Source: a virus | Taxonomy: Duplodnaviria > Caudoviricetes | Strand: one strand, 5' to 3' | IMG/VR virus record: IMGVR_UViG_2770939586_000001 | DNA: 64,000 bases | Part shown: in pieces, positions 1 to 10,395 of the stretch | Layout: the number at the start of each line of letters is the position of its first letter | Numbering within the stretch: position 1 is the first letter of the stretch | Translations under genes and position numbers: made by a program | Notes under the pieces: model-generated | What the model was told of the DNA's origin: nothing | The model's database searches: none | The model's input: the letters and a program-made list of their open reading frames with translations, nothing else

Positions 1-5
1 CACAG

Positions 6-3000
6 ATGGAACAGGAAGGATTCAAGTTTACCATTCCATCTAATGCTGTAAACGCGATAAAAAATACGATTCAAGACAAAATCATCGCTGCAATGGAAAA
101 TGCAAATGTTAACGGAAACTTTAAACCAGTGGCATCATTCAACCTACAATCATTGGATTTGATTCAGAAACGGATGCGGACAGCGCTGGAAGAATCGATT
201 AACAAGAATCTCGAATTTGAGTTCATCAACGGTAAGACGAAAGAAAAGGTGCCATTCAAATTCACGTTTACAACTGAGCTCATGCATCGAGTGACCGAAA
301 TGGCACAACGCGAGCTCGCTAACGTGTTGGTGCAGCCGGGTAGTGTGAAGCTGCCCGAAGGATTCACGGGTGCAGACCTAAAAATCAACGTATCCGGTTT
401 GGAGGAAACGCTGAATAAGATTAAAGCGTGGCTGGCCGCTGTTAATCGACACCTGCTTACAACGGATACAGAAGTTAACACACTTGTTTCATCCGGTGCC
501 GGTATGGAATCGTTCCAACAGCAGGTCACAGCGGTCAGCGAGAAAATCAAGCGGATTACTGGAATGCTAGGTCAGGTGCATGTTTCAGATGATACGGCAG
601 GGCTAACGGCGTTCATCAAGGAAGTAGATGCTTTGCAAGGCTCACTGGTTCATTTTCTAAATGTATACAAGAAGATCCCGGCCACGATGCGATCATCATT
701 TGATGAACAGTTATCCGTTGTGCTGAAAGAATATGAGTCTACGGTATCTCAATTGAAAAGTCAGGTGTCTCTAAAAGGACTGTCAGAGGGCGTGGCGACT
801 TTACAGAAGAAAATGCAAGATTCGATTGAACAGACATTTGCACAGTTGATGAAAGAAGCACCGCCAACGATTGATGCCGAGAAGTTGCTTGCTGTATATA
901 AAGCATGGTCAGGTTCACTTACGGAGCATTTGGGCCAGCTCTCAGCAGAGGAGCTAAAGCGAGTAACTGTTGCTTTGGTATCGGAAAGTGAAGGCATACA
1001 AGGCCAAGTAACAAGGTCTCTTCAGAAGTTACTGCATGTGGCGATGCCGACCCAGGTAGAGGGTGAAGGCATTACCCTTCCGTATCATGATGTTCAAGAA
1101 CGAGTAAAAACGAATGTGCAGGCGTTTGTACGTCAACTTGTTAGCGAATTTGAGATTACCCGTCCTCCAAAAGAAGGAGAAGGGCTGGGTGTTTCTATAG
1201 AGATGCCAAAGCAGGCTATCGAGCGTGTGCAGACCATGCTGAAAAGTATGGTAGAGGAGCAACTGCGTGAGATCGCTGCACAGACAGGTAAGCAGAAACC
1301 GTCTTTGTCTGGTGAGGAAGCGAAGCAGATGGATGCCCTGCTGTATGCGGAGTCTAAGCAATTCCTCAACCTTGTCGTAGATCAGGCCCGTTCTATCGCT
1401 AAGTCATTTACGGACGGCATATCGAAAGACGGATTCGCTACCTTTACGCAGGAAGAGCGTGGCAAGGTACGGGATGAGCTGTTAAAAGGTATCGGGCATA
1501 TCGTATCGGAACTGTCTACCACGATTCAGGTCCTGCTTAAATCGTTTTCCGTGCCTACTGATTTACAGGTGGTAACTGGCGGGAAAACAGCTGGGATGCT
1601 TCAACAGATCATGGAGAATATTGACCGGGAAATTATTCGGCACATGGATCAGATTCAGAGCGTAGTAGAGGGTGGAACTGGTGCGAAAACTACGTCACGT
1701 TTGCATCGCTTGAAAACGGAACTGTCTGCATTAGAACATGGCAGCATTCCGAAAGCGGAGATAGAGCGATTGAAGAAAGAGGATGATGCCTATCGTTTCT
1801 TCACAGCACTAAGCCAAGCAGGAGTAGCCCGACCGAAGCAGGGCGACGATCAGTATGGGAAGTTCTACGTCTCGAAAGATCCATTAACTGGAGAAAAGGT
1901 ACAGCCCGAGATTCCGAAGTGGGTACGTTCCCTGTTCGCCCCTTCCGATACAGGAGTTAGCTTTTCACATGCGGCACGTAGCCTATCGGAGAACTACCCG
2001 AATTTAGGTATTCATTCAGAAGATGCCTTGATGGAGCGGCTTAAGGTACTGGCAAACCGATACAAGGGATTTCGCGATATTGAAGAAAATATTAGACGAC
2101 AAATGATGACGGAAGCAGATCAGGCGGTGGCTGACCATATCCGGGCTGATATTGCGCGTTTAGAACGAAAGGAGCGTCTGCTTCGTGCCGCGAGAAACTA
2201 TACACCAAAAGGACGCAGCTACCGAATAAAGGACGAGTCATGGGAACCACTAGCCAATTCTTTTTCCCGTGAATCACAGATGTACGGTGGAAATATCCCG
2301 CGCTTTTCGCAAGAAGAAGTACAAACGATTGTGGAGCAAAAGCGAGAAGGGAATGCACCTGTTCGAGAATTACGCGAGAAGCTTACTACCACGCAAACCG
2401 CGCTGGCAAAAGAAATCGAGGACAAAATCATCAATAATGCCGACTCGTCTATGCGTGATTTAGCACTTGCGATTCGAGAGATTCAACTGCCACCGATGGA
2501 GTTTACGATCGTAGGCCGTATCCGGTCATGGATGCAGCAGATTCAGGATGAGACGATGCATGTACTGGAACGGATGGTTGATAGTTCGTTGCGTCCGGTG
2601 CTCGAACATGGCGTTCCATTCCCGGCGCACAACACAGGTCAACCGTTTATTCATGCAGGACAGCCGTATCCACCTGGATTCAACCCGTTTGGTGGTCCTG
2701 TTCCTCCGAGTCTAGTACCAATCAACGTACCGCATGCAGATGGCGGAATGGTTCGAACAGACTTTGACCAGATGCATGCGTTGGAACGGCAGGCTCTTAT
2801 CAATGCAGAGCGGATTCAGAATCGATTCAACGACCTGATGCAGAAAGGGACGTTTACACAGGAGAACTTCGCTTCACTCACAAATTTCCTGAACGCCTAT
2901 CAGTCTGAGGTACGGGCGGCGGCAGGTCGTTATCGAAATGTACTTACTCAATTAGGAACAGACGGCATAACGGGGACTGAAGATCAAACAGTCGCCCGTT

Positions 3001-6000
3001 TGTTGGCAGAAGCAAGAACAAGACTACGTGAAGAAGCGAATCTTGCTAAACAACGACTCGATCATTACATTGAGAATAGCTTCAAACCAGCTAATCAATC
3101 TGATGCATTGACGAAGCGCTTATTACAGCAGGAGCTGAAAAATATAGGATACCTTGATGCAGCAGACTTGAACATGCAGAAGATGCAGACGAAATTTCAT
3201 GGCAAACTAGATGTTTCTCAGATGCAGTTGTTAAATGATGAGTTGCTGCGTTATCAGAAACGTGCAGAACAACTAGGTTCTATGCGCTTGTTGAATGAGG
3301 AGGACATTTTAGCATCGAAGCGTGAGATACAGCATTTGAATCAGTTGCTTGCGTCGATTTCGGCAAGGTATAGCCAGCTTGCTAAACAAGCAACAGAGGT
3401 AGCGAAGCAACAACGAGCAGAGGAGAAGCGAGGGGAGCTCATCGGGCAACATAATTTGCTTCGTGGTAGAACTCCATTCCAGTTCAATCAAATTGAAAAT
3501 GTTTTAAAGTCGCTACCGTCCCTCAACCAGCATGAAGTAGTATTGAAACGAATAAGTGACTCAACGAATACATGGTCCGCTACTGTCGCGGATGCGAACG
3601 GGAATGTACGCACCCTAACTGGAACGATTGATCGAGCAACCGGGGAAATATTCAAGCACGCAGAATCTCTAGCAGCTGCTAAAAAAGCGCAACAAGAACT
3701 AATCAAACAATCGGAACATGACATTTTCGCAACCGGAAATCAAGGTAGAAGACGTAGCATGGATGGATATATGTCGCCCAGTACTGCATTTGTGAACGAA
3801 GAATATCACCCGATTGCACCAGGTGGTGATATGAAATCTTTCATCGGAAGTATCACAAACACTATACGTTATATCCTGAGTGGTTACCTGATTAATCTTC
3901 CTATGGCATTGATGCAGGGAGCTACGGATACATTCAAAGACATGGAACTAGAAGTCATGCGAGCAAAACAGAACTTTTATGTCAAGGATTCGTCATCTGA
4001 TAAATCAATGCTGAATGCCGCTGTTTTTCGGCTTGCTGAACTAAATGAAGCTGCAAAGCTTAAGAATGCTGATCCTGAGATCAAGAAAAAGTATAGCGAT
4101 GATCGATACAACGATAATGCTGAGTATAAAAAAATGCTCGAAGAAGAAAAACAACGAACAGTTTCCATGACTAGTGATGAAGCAGTAAGGAAAATCAAAA
4201 AAATATCCTATATCTATGCTACAGAAATAGAGGATACGTCCAAAATTTTTGCGGTAGCTTCCAGACGTATTCAAGACCCAAACGAAGCAATGGCGATGAC
4301 TCGCGCTGTTTCAAAAGTGACAATGTTCGATGAGACAAAGAATGTGGAGCAGCTATCCCAAGGATTCGAGGCTATCTTATCGCAATGGGGCGTAAACGGA
4401 TACGGACTAGAAAAAATTGCAGACATGATGATCATGGCAACCAAAACATCGCAAGCAACGATTACAGACCTGATTCAAACACAACAACGTGCAGGTGCGA
4501 TCTTCCGTAATGGTCTTCCTAATATGGATAAAGAGACCGCCCTTGCTACATCTATTGCGTTTTCCTCAATCTTCAACCAAGCGACTGCGCAGTCTGGTAA
4601 TTTAGGCGGTACGTTCTATAAGAATATGGTCGAACGTCCATATACAGCGGATATGGCTGCTATGTTGGCGCGATATTCTGAGCAACCGATCTTTAAGAAC
4701 GCAGGAATTGATCTAAATCCTTACACTGTCGATGCAAATGGGACTCGTCACCGAAAAGATTTTACTGAGGTGTTTTTTAACCTCATGGATGCAAAAAAAG
4801 TAACGGATGATGCCGGAATGTCTAAAATACTCGTTCCTGTTATCCAACGTTGGTACTTAGGACAAGCAAATGCGATCGAAGCTTTCATTGCTGATGTTGA
4901 GCATTCTACGGAAGCAATGAACAAGTCAATGGAGAAGTTTGACGAGGTAGAAGGGAAACCGCATAAAAAAGAAGAGAAGAAAACCCAGGAAGAGTTGCGT
5001 TCGGAGCTAGAAAATAGGCTGAAAAATGCCTCTCCTGAAATCAGAGACAAGATGTTAGCTAATTTTGCTGGTGATAAAGTTAACGACATCATGAAAATGA
5101 CACGCGAAAATGTCGAGATGAAGTTGAAACAGTTAGATGAAATCGAGGGTAAACCGCACAAAAAAATCGAAGGGAAATCCATCAACGCATTTAATGAGTT
5201 TAGAGACAGGATAAAAAATGTATCGCCTGAAACAATCGCAAAATTAGAAGCGATGAACATGGACACTCTTTCATTCCAAGAGCGCCGACTGAAAGTATCA
5301 TGGGAAATCGCTTCAACGAATGTGTTGGAGCAATTCAGGGGAGATTTTACTGGATTAATCACGCGATTGAATATCTTGTTGAAAGCGTTAGGCAACCACT
5401 CCGTTTTAGTCTCTGGATTGATTGGAGCAATAACAAAAGTGGGACTTACATTCGGCGCATATGCAATGGTGAACAAAGTACGAGAAAAAGTAGATAATAT
5501 TAATAAAAATATCCTAGCCGAAAAAATGGATATGAACCGCGCTGCTTTGAATGAGGAAGGACGCTACTTAAATACGCGTAGGCTACTGATTGATGATCGA
5601 TTAGCAGAGGGGAAAGTTAAACGTGATGGGCAAAATAAACTGCGTGGAGAGATAGAAGGTAGAAGAATCGAAGCGCAGGCGGAACTTTTATATGCGGAAG
5701 ATAATCTTAAAATATTACGTGATCGGCATCGCAAATTAGTAGCTAATCCTCTTTCAACACCAGAGGAGAGAGCAGCGAGTGGGACCGAGGTACAACAGGC
5801 AGCTAAAGAAGTAAGCCGGAAGAGAAGAGAAGTTCGTAAAGAAGAAAAAGCTATCATACGCATTGACAGTTCCGTAAGTAAAGAAGAAAAGGCATTGGGA
5901 GATGAGATGGCCTTGGTGTCTGCTCAGGCGCATCATTTAAACGAGCGGATGAAAGTATTGGATATAGCAACAACAGAGTTAGGCATAGATTCAAGTAAAT

Positions 6001-8147
6001 TGAAAAACGAGATGAATCAAATTTCTACGTCATTTGAAAATGGAAGTGTAGATGCTGCCAAATTTGAAAAAGCACTGAAAAAGATCCATCAAGAAGCAGG
6101 TCTTACTGGAAAAGAATTCGAGAAGTTGGATAAGGAACTCAAAAGACTATATGCAGACTATACCAAAACAGGTAGCACGATGACCCATCAGCAGTTCCAG
6201 CAAGGTGTGTCAAATATTCAAAGACAGCATATGACAGGATCGGCAGGATTACATGGTGGTGGACCAAACGGGCTGCCAGCAGAAGAACAGACCGGTGGCG
6301 GACTCGCTAATATGGTTATGGACACGGCACTGCTTGCTGGTGGAGCCAGCATGTTCAAGCAGGGAAGAAGTGCTTTGGGGAACATCGCATCTTATATAGG
6401 CTCCAAAGCAGCTCCTCTAGCTAAATTAGGCGGTAGACTATTTTTTGCATATGAGGCTTTGGACTACGGATTGAAGTTTTTAGACAATCTTAGTGTAGCA
6501 GCACTAGCTCCCTCTGATAAGGCAAGTGTAACGGCACAAAAATTGGATGAGATCGCCAAAGGATATCAGGCGATGCAAACAGAGTGGTATGATCTTTCAA
6601 GGATCGGACCGCAGATGGAATTAGGGAAAAATCGTATGGTACAAGGAATAACGCACTGGTTAACAGGAGAAGGTCCATCTTGGGATGATTATTCAAAGAT
6701 GGCGAAGTTACGAGCAGATAACCCGAATATGTCGAAAGAAGAGTTTTATCGCCTTGCAAAAAAAGAGTTGGGGATTGATGAATTAAAGGGAAAAGCTCAA
6801 TTAAAGCTTACGGAAGAGGATAACAAACAAACGGAGGCATTGCAGAAGTTAGAAATCACCCGATGGAGAGAAGTTCGCGAAACAGGTAAATTCTCCAACT
6901 TGTACGACGAGACTCAAGTAGCTCAAGCGTTAGAAATGCCGAATAAAGAGTTGACACACGGCATGTTTCAAGCTCAGTTGCAATATGAAAAAGGAAAATC
7001 AGATTTGTCCATTAAAGGGTTTCGTGAAGATTCTGCCGAGATGATGAAGTTAAACGATGAATTCTTTACAAAGCAACGTGAGCTGCTACAGATCAATATA
7101 AAAGTTATCGAAGACATGTTAAAACAAATGAAAGCAAAAGGTGATGATAATAACCCAACGTTCTGGGCTGCTGAAAATGAACTGGCGCAGAAAAAAATTC
7201 AAGATGAACAAATCTCTGCTCAACAAGAACAACAAAAGCGCCAAGGGGCTGTCAGCAATATTGAGTATCACTTTGACATTGCACAACGTATAACGCAAGC
7301 GGATACATCCATCGCGAGAGACCGCCTGATTATGGATGGAGTACGAGAAGATTCGCTGGCAGGAAGGCTATTAAACAAAGAAGGATTAAAAAAAGCAAAC
7401 AGCGACCTTGCAAAAGCGATCAAAGAACTACAGGAACAAGCGAGTTCAGGCAAGTTTTCAGGGGATGAACTAAGCGATTTACAAGCTAAAATTAAAGAGA
7501 GGCAGGCTGAACAAAGCAGAAACGATGTATCGTCTCATCAAATCGATAAATCAGCTGTAAGTGACATCGATTTCAGGCTTGGGCGAGCGAAGAAAGAAGC
7601 ACAACTCCAAGCACAGATGAAGCACGATAACTTAATGATTGCAGGAGCGAAGGCGGATTCTATCAGCGTGCGTCTTGCAGATGTCGAAGGGTTAAAAATG
7701 CAAAACGTACAACTTTCTTCCGCGTTGGCAGAGCTACAGAAACAACTCAACAGCGGGAATTTCAAAGGTGATGATCTGAAAGATATTCAATTGCGTATGC
7801 TAGAGATTCAGGCAGAGCAGAAAGATAACCTAGTGAAAATTCGTGAGAAGTTAACAAACAGCCTATCTACGTATAACCTACCATCCGGCATACAAGGGAT
7901 GACATACCAGGAAGCTATGCAACGGAAAAATGACTATCGTTCGTATGCGATAACAGATGGCAATACGATCGTCAATGTGAACGTACCTGTGCAGGGGCAT
8001 TTTGGTGATGAAAATGTGGCAAAGCAACGTGGTCAAGCTACAGCGCGGCAGGTGGCGCAGGAAGTGGCAAATACGTTGAGTCGTCAGGTTAAATCATTCG
8101 GGGCAGGAGTTGGATATTTTAGCCCGTTCTCAGGCGGGCGTGCATAG
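6..8147 (+). CDS. Tail tape measure protein, very large (2713 aa; true start may lie upstream of the window)
   Basis: Long helical/coiled-coil ORF. TP901-type TMP core at about aa 1280-1640 (EKIADMMIMATKTSQATITDL...SGNLGGTFYK). TMP-like C-terminus (TIVNVNVPVQG). Lies directly before tail-tip genes. Confidence 0.88.
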   Translation: MEQEGFKFTIPSNAVNAIKNTIQDKIIAAMENANVNGNFKPVASFNLQSLDLIQKRMRTALEESINKNLEFEFINGKTKEKVPFKFTFTTELMHRVTEMAQRELANVLVQPGSVKLPEGFTGADLKINVSGLEETLNKIKAWLAAVNRHLLTTDTEVNTLVSSGAGMESFQQQVTAVSEKIKRITGMLGQVHVSDDTAGLTAFIKEVDALQGSLVHFLNVYKKIPATMRSSFDEQLSVVLKEYESTVSQLKSQVSLKGLSEGVATLQKKMQDSIEQTFAQLMKEAPPTIDAEKLLAVYKAWSGSLTEHLGQLSAEELKRVTVALVSESEGIQGQVTRSLQKLLHVAMPTQVEGEGITLPYHDVQERVKTNVQAFVRQLVSEFEITRPPKEGEGLGVSIEMPKQAIERVQTMLKSMVEEQLREIAAQTGKQKPSLSGEEAKQMDALLYAESKQFLNLVVDQARSIAKSFTDGISKDGFATFTQEERGKVRDELLKGIGHIVSELSTTIQVLLKSFSVPTDLQVVTGGKTAGMLQQIMENIDREIIRHMDQIQSVVEGGTGAKTTSRLHRLKTELSALEHGSIPKAEIERLKKEDDAYRFFTALSQAGVARPKQGDDQYGKFYVSKDPLTGEKVQPEIPKWVRSLFAPSDTGVSFSHAARSLSENYPNLGIHSEDALMERLKVLANRYKGFRDIEENIRRQMMTEADQAVADHIRADIARLERKERLLRAARNYTPKGRSYRIKDESWEPLANSFSRESQMYGGNIPRFSQEEVQTIVEQKREGNAPVRELREKLTTTQTALAKEIEDKIINNADSSMRDLALAIREIQLPPMEFTIVGRIRSWMQQIQDETMHVLERMVDSSLRPVLEHGVPFPAHNTGQPFIHAGQPYPPGFNPFGGPVPPSLVPINVPHADGGMVRTDFDQMHALERQALINAERIQNRFNDLMQKGTFTQENFASLTNFLNAYQSEVRAAAGRYRNVLTQLGTDGITGTEDQTVARLLAEARTRLREEANLAKQRLDHYIENSFKPANQSDALTKRLLQQELKNIGYLDAADLNMQKMQTKFHGKLDVSQMQLLNDELLRYQKRAEQLGSMRLLNEEDILASKREIQHLNQLLASISARYSQLAKQATEVAKQQRAEEKRGELIGQHNLLRGRTPFQFNQIENVLKSLPSLNQHEVVLKRISDSTNTWSATVADANGNVRTLTGTIDRATGEIFKHAESLAAAKKAQQELIKQSEHDIFATGNQGRRRSMDGYMSPSTAFVNEEYHPIAPGGDMKSFIGSITNTIRYILSGYLINLPMALMQGATDTFKDMELEVMRAKQNFYVKDSSSDKSMLNAAVFRLAELNEAAKLKNADPEIKKKYSDDRYNDNAEYKKMLEEEKQRTVSMTSDEAVRKIKKISYIYATEIEDTSKIFAVASRRIQDPNEAMAMTRAVSKVTMFDETKNVEQLSQGFEAILSQWGVNGYGLEKIADMMIMATKTSQATITDLIQTQQRAGAIFRNGLPNMDKETALATSIAFSSIFNQATAQSGNLGGTFYKNMVERPYTADMAAMLARYSEQPIFKNAGIDLNPYTVDANGTRHRKDFTEVFFNLMDAKKVTDDAGMSKILVPVIQRWYLGQANAIEAFIADVEHSTEAMNKSMEKFDEVEGKPHKKEEKKTQEELRSELENRLKNASPEIRDKMLANFAGDKVNDIMKMTRENVEMKLKQLDEIEGKPHKKIEGKSINAFNEFRDRIKNVSPETIAKLEAMNMDTLSFQERRLKVSWEIASTNVLEQFRGDFTGLITRLNILLKALGNHSVLVSGLIGAITKVGLTFGAYAMVNKVREKVDNINKNILAEKMDMNRAALNEEGRYLNTRRLLIDDRLAEGKVKRDGQNKLRGEIEGRRIEAQAELLYAEDNLKILRDRHRKLVANPLSTPEERAASGTEVQQAAKEVSRKRREVRKEEKAIIRIDSSVSKEEKALGDEMALVSAQAHHLNERMKVLDIATTELGIDSSKLKNEMNQISTSFENGSVDAAKFEKALKKIHQEAGLTGKEFEKLDKELKRLYADYTKTGSTMTHQQFQQGVSNIQRQHMTGSAGLHGGGPNGLPAEEQTGGGLANMVMDTALLAGGASMFKQGRSALGNIASYIGSKAAPLAKLGGRLFFAYEALDYGLKFLDNLSVAALAPSDKASVTAQKLDEIAKGYQAMQTEWYDLSRIGPQMELGKNRMVQGITHWLTGEGPSWDDYSKMAKLRADNPNMSKEEFYRLAKKELGIDELKGKAQLKLTEEDNKQTEALQKLEITRWREVRETGKFSNLYDETQVAQALEMPNKELTHGMFQAQLQYEKGKSDLSIKGFREDSAEMMKLNDEFFTKQRELLQINIKVIEDMLKQMKAKGDDNNPTFWAAENELAQKKIQDEQISAQQEQQKRQGAVSNIEYHFDIAQRITQADTSIARDRLIMDGVREDSLAGRLLNKEGLKKANSDLAKAIKELQEQASSGKFSGDELSDLQAKIKERQAEQSRNDVSSHQIDKSAVSDIDFRLGRAKKEAQLQAQMKHDNLMIAGAKADSISVRLADVEGLKMQNVQLSSALAELQKQLNSGNFKGDDLKDIQLRMLEIQAEQKDNLVKIREKLTNSLSTYNLPSGIQGMTYQEAMQRKNDYRSYAITDGNTIVNVNVPVQGHFGDENVAKQRGQATARQVAQEVANTLSRQVKSFGAGVGYFSPFSGGRA

Positions 8148-8154
8148 TATAGTG

Positions 8155-8189
8155 AAAGTCGTTACCGATTGGTAGCGGCTTTTCTTTTT
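8155..8189 (+). terminator. Rho-independent terminator after the TMP gene
   Basis: AAAGTCGTTACC-GATT-GGTAGCGGCTTT hairpin followed by a T-rich tail. Confidence 0.8.
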
Positions 8190-8324
8190 ATCGAAGGGTT
8201 TTTCTTCTATGATTAAATGTTTTAATGTTATTTACGAGTGTTCATGTTTCTTTATTACGAGATATGTAAGTGCTGTTTATTGTTGATGGGGAAAGAAGAG
8301 TAACTGAGACATAGTAGCATAAAT

Positions 8325-8351
8325 AAAACCCCATCTTAAAGACAGGGTTTG
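8325..8351 (-). terminator. Terminator of the 8395-9717 gene
   Basis: AAAACCCCATC-TTAAA-GACAGGGTTT imperfect hairpin, with an A-run on the + strand. Confidence 0.55.
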
Positions 8352-8394
8352 TCATTTAGTTTGTTTTCAGTTAATAATAAAAATTTTCTTTTTA

Positions 8395-9717
8395 TTATTT
8401 CACAAATGGTATTTGTGGTAAAGCACACCATGACGCAATTGTATTATAATGCTTGGCTAATTTTTTAACTAGTTCAATACCTTCGTTTGCTGTAGTAATA
8501 GATTTGCTAACATTACTTTCTGCATTATTGATATTCTCAAGGAATTTTTGCAACTTAGGTATGCTTGGAGAGTCCTTTAAGTGGCTTACATCCGTTTCTG
8601 ACAAGTCGTCTTTTATTTCATCTAGTAATTCAATATCATGTGGGGAATTCAATAAACCACTTAAACTCTTTATGGTCTCAATAATATTACTTAACTCGTT
8701 ATGTATATTATTCTGTTGGCTTAAAGATGTTTCAACTGTAATTACAGGTGATACGTGAATGGTAGGAGGTAAGGCTGGTTTTGCTAGTCCATTACTTATA
8801 ATATCAAGAAGCTTATCAATTTGATTCTTTTGGAACGTCAATATATCATTTTGATTTTCAATGCGTAACTTTGCGATTCTGAGTTCGTTTTTTAGTTCGA
8901 GTATTTGTGTAGCTGAAGCAAAGTATTCCTCAGGCTTAATTTCACCTTTTACGACTAACTCATATTCTTCTAATGCTTGTTCAATAATATGCTTATTGCC
9001 ATCTTCAGACTCTATAATCATTTTAACTACTAAACCATCTTGTATGATTTTTACAGTTGCTGGTGTATTTGGATACTTTTCTTGAAGGATTTTGTTAAAA
9101 TAGCTAAGTATACCTAAGCCAGCTTGATAATATTCAGGTGGAAATTCAATACTCCTATTTATTACTACTTTATTATCAAACCCCTCTATAATACTAGGGA
9201 TATTGGTAACTTGTAATGGTGTTTCATACTCGGAGATACCAAGTATAAGGAAAGGATAATTTATAGAAAGTGGAGATAAATCTTCAAGTTCCCTTGCACT
9301 GTTTTCAAAATAAGCTATAGGATTTGGTCCACCAAAAATTTTATTGGTTGATTCTTTCGTAAGCACAATAAGTATTGGTATTTCACAAACGGTTTCTTTT
9401 ACTGCTAAGTTACTTCTTTTAAATAACCATGAAGTAAAAGTCTGAGTACTTCCTGAGGCTGTCGTGACTGCCACCATATTTTTTATAATTCCAATATGTG
9501 GATATCTTTTACTTTCTAACCAACCATATGTTTGCAAATTGAAGTCTAATTTATTGATAAAACGTCTTATATTTTTATAGTGTGGTTCTTCTAAAGCCAT
9601 ATAATCGGCGAGGTTAATGTTTTCCACGGATTTAATTATATCAATAAATTCCTCTGGGTATTTTTTATTTAGTTTTTCCCATGCATCTAAGTAACTAATA
9701 ACCGAATTTAAAAACAT
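8395..9717 (-). CDS. BglII/BstYI-like restriction-endonuclease-fold domain (catalytic motif degenerate) fused to a helical/coiled-coil C-terminal region; candidate defence protein
   Basis: Pattern SY..A..KL..KYP.EF..I / INK....L...GW / K..VAV / IPILIV / YFE...EL / PFLILGI resembles the BglII family. AT-rich and opposite to the phage strand. RBS AGGGGG. Confidence 0.6.
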   Translation of the reverse strand: MFLNSVISYLDAWEKLNKKYPEEFIDIIKSVENINLADYMALEEPHYKNIRRFINKLDFNLQTYGWLESKRYPHIGIIKNMVAVTTASGSTQTFTSWLFKRSNLAVKETVCEIPILIVLTKESTNKIFGGPNPIAYFENSARELEDLSPLSINYPFLILGISEYETPLQVTNIPSIIEGFDNKVVINRSIEFPPEYYQAGLGILSYFNKILQEKYPNTPATVKIIQDGLVVKMIIESEDGNKHIIEQALEEYELVVKGEIKPEEYFASATQILELKNELRIAKLRIENQNDILTFQKNQIDKLLDIISNGLAKPALPPTIHVSPVITVETSLSQQNNIHNELSNIIETIKSLSGLLNSPHDIELLDEIKDDLSETDVSHLKDSPSIPKLQKFLENINNAESNVSKSITTANEGIELVKKLAKHYNTIASWCALPQIPFVK

Positions 9718-9992
9718 GATTTTTCCCCCTAAACTATTAGATGTAATAATTTTTATTTTTAAAACTATATCATTAGCAACTTATTCTTAAATGAATAATT
9801 ATGAAACTTATGATAGTTAATAAAAGTATAGGTTATTAAAGATTAAATTTAATGAATATGTAAGATAATATAAAATCAATTAAACTAACGAAAAAATATC
9901 ATGACGAGTATAGGGATATTTTTATTTTACCTAAGTTTCCAACAAATGTGAACTTGGCTGGTGTAAAATGTAGGAAAAAAGGAGGCGGGGCT

Positions 9993-10184
9993 GTGAAAGT
10001 TGCTAAATATGCAGGGATAGCAATTATAACTTTGTGTTTGTTGGTACTGGCCGGTGTATATGTGTAGCAGAAGTTTTTTCCGTTTGAGAAGGGTGCAAAA
10101 ACGGTTAATGCGGATAAGAAACCAGAGCAGGAAGTGAAGCAAGAGGAGAAAAGGGAAGCTGTATCAATAAGAGACATACACTAA
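9993..10184 (+). pseudogene. Small membrane-anchored protein remnant with an internal TAG (10065-10067)
   Basis: RBS AAGGAGG and GTG start. Reads MKVAKYAGIAIITLCLLVLAGVYV*QKFFPFEKGAKTVNADKKPEQEVKQEEKREAVSIRDIH. Confidence 0.5.
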
Positions 10185-10221
10185 AAAAGACCGTCTGGTG
10201 CTGGTAACACCAAAACGGTCT
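10183..10221 (-). terminator. Terminator of the type I toxin mRNA
   Basis: AGACCGT..TGGTG-loop-CACCA..ACGGTCT hairpin preceded by an A-run on the + strand. Confidence 0.6.
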
Positions 10222-10236
10222 ATGTACAATAGACAT

Positions 10237-10322
10237 TCCCCAAGGGGGATGGCTCAGATGATGGATAGAGCAAGAAAAAGGTCCCCGGTGTTCGCCAAAA
10301 CTCAAGGGGGCCTATTTCTTTT
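10237..10322 (+). ncRNA. Putative type I antitoxin sRNA, convergent with the toxin 3' region
   Basis: TACAAT -10 box at 10225-10230. The hairpin AAGGTCCCC...GGGGGCCTATTTCTTTT overlaps the toxin stop codon. Ends are approximate. Confidence 0.5.
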
Positions 10323-10395
10323 GATTAAATGACAGCATCGCAACAATCAGCGATCCGAAAGCGACCATTAACATTAACGCCTCGTATACTGTCAT
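10312..10395 (-). CDS. Type I TA toxin, BsrE/BsrG/BsrH-like holin-like peptide (27 aa; not in the ORF track)
   Basis: MTVYEALMLMVAFGSLIVAMLSFNQKK. Strong RBS AAAGGGGGTGA. Single TM helix with a basic tail. Confidence 0.88.
   Translation of the reverse strand: MTVYEALMLMVAFGSLIVAMLSFNQKK

Noticed and set aside
4748-5476. 242-aa antisense ORF and other antisense ORFs inside the TMP and tail genes
   Set aside because: These are shadow frames of coding sequence, with no RBS or recognisable motifs.
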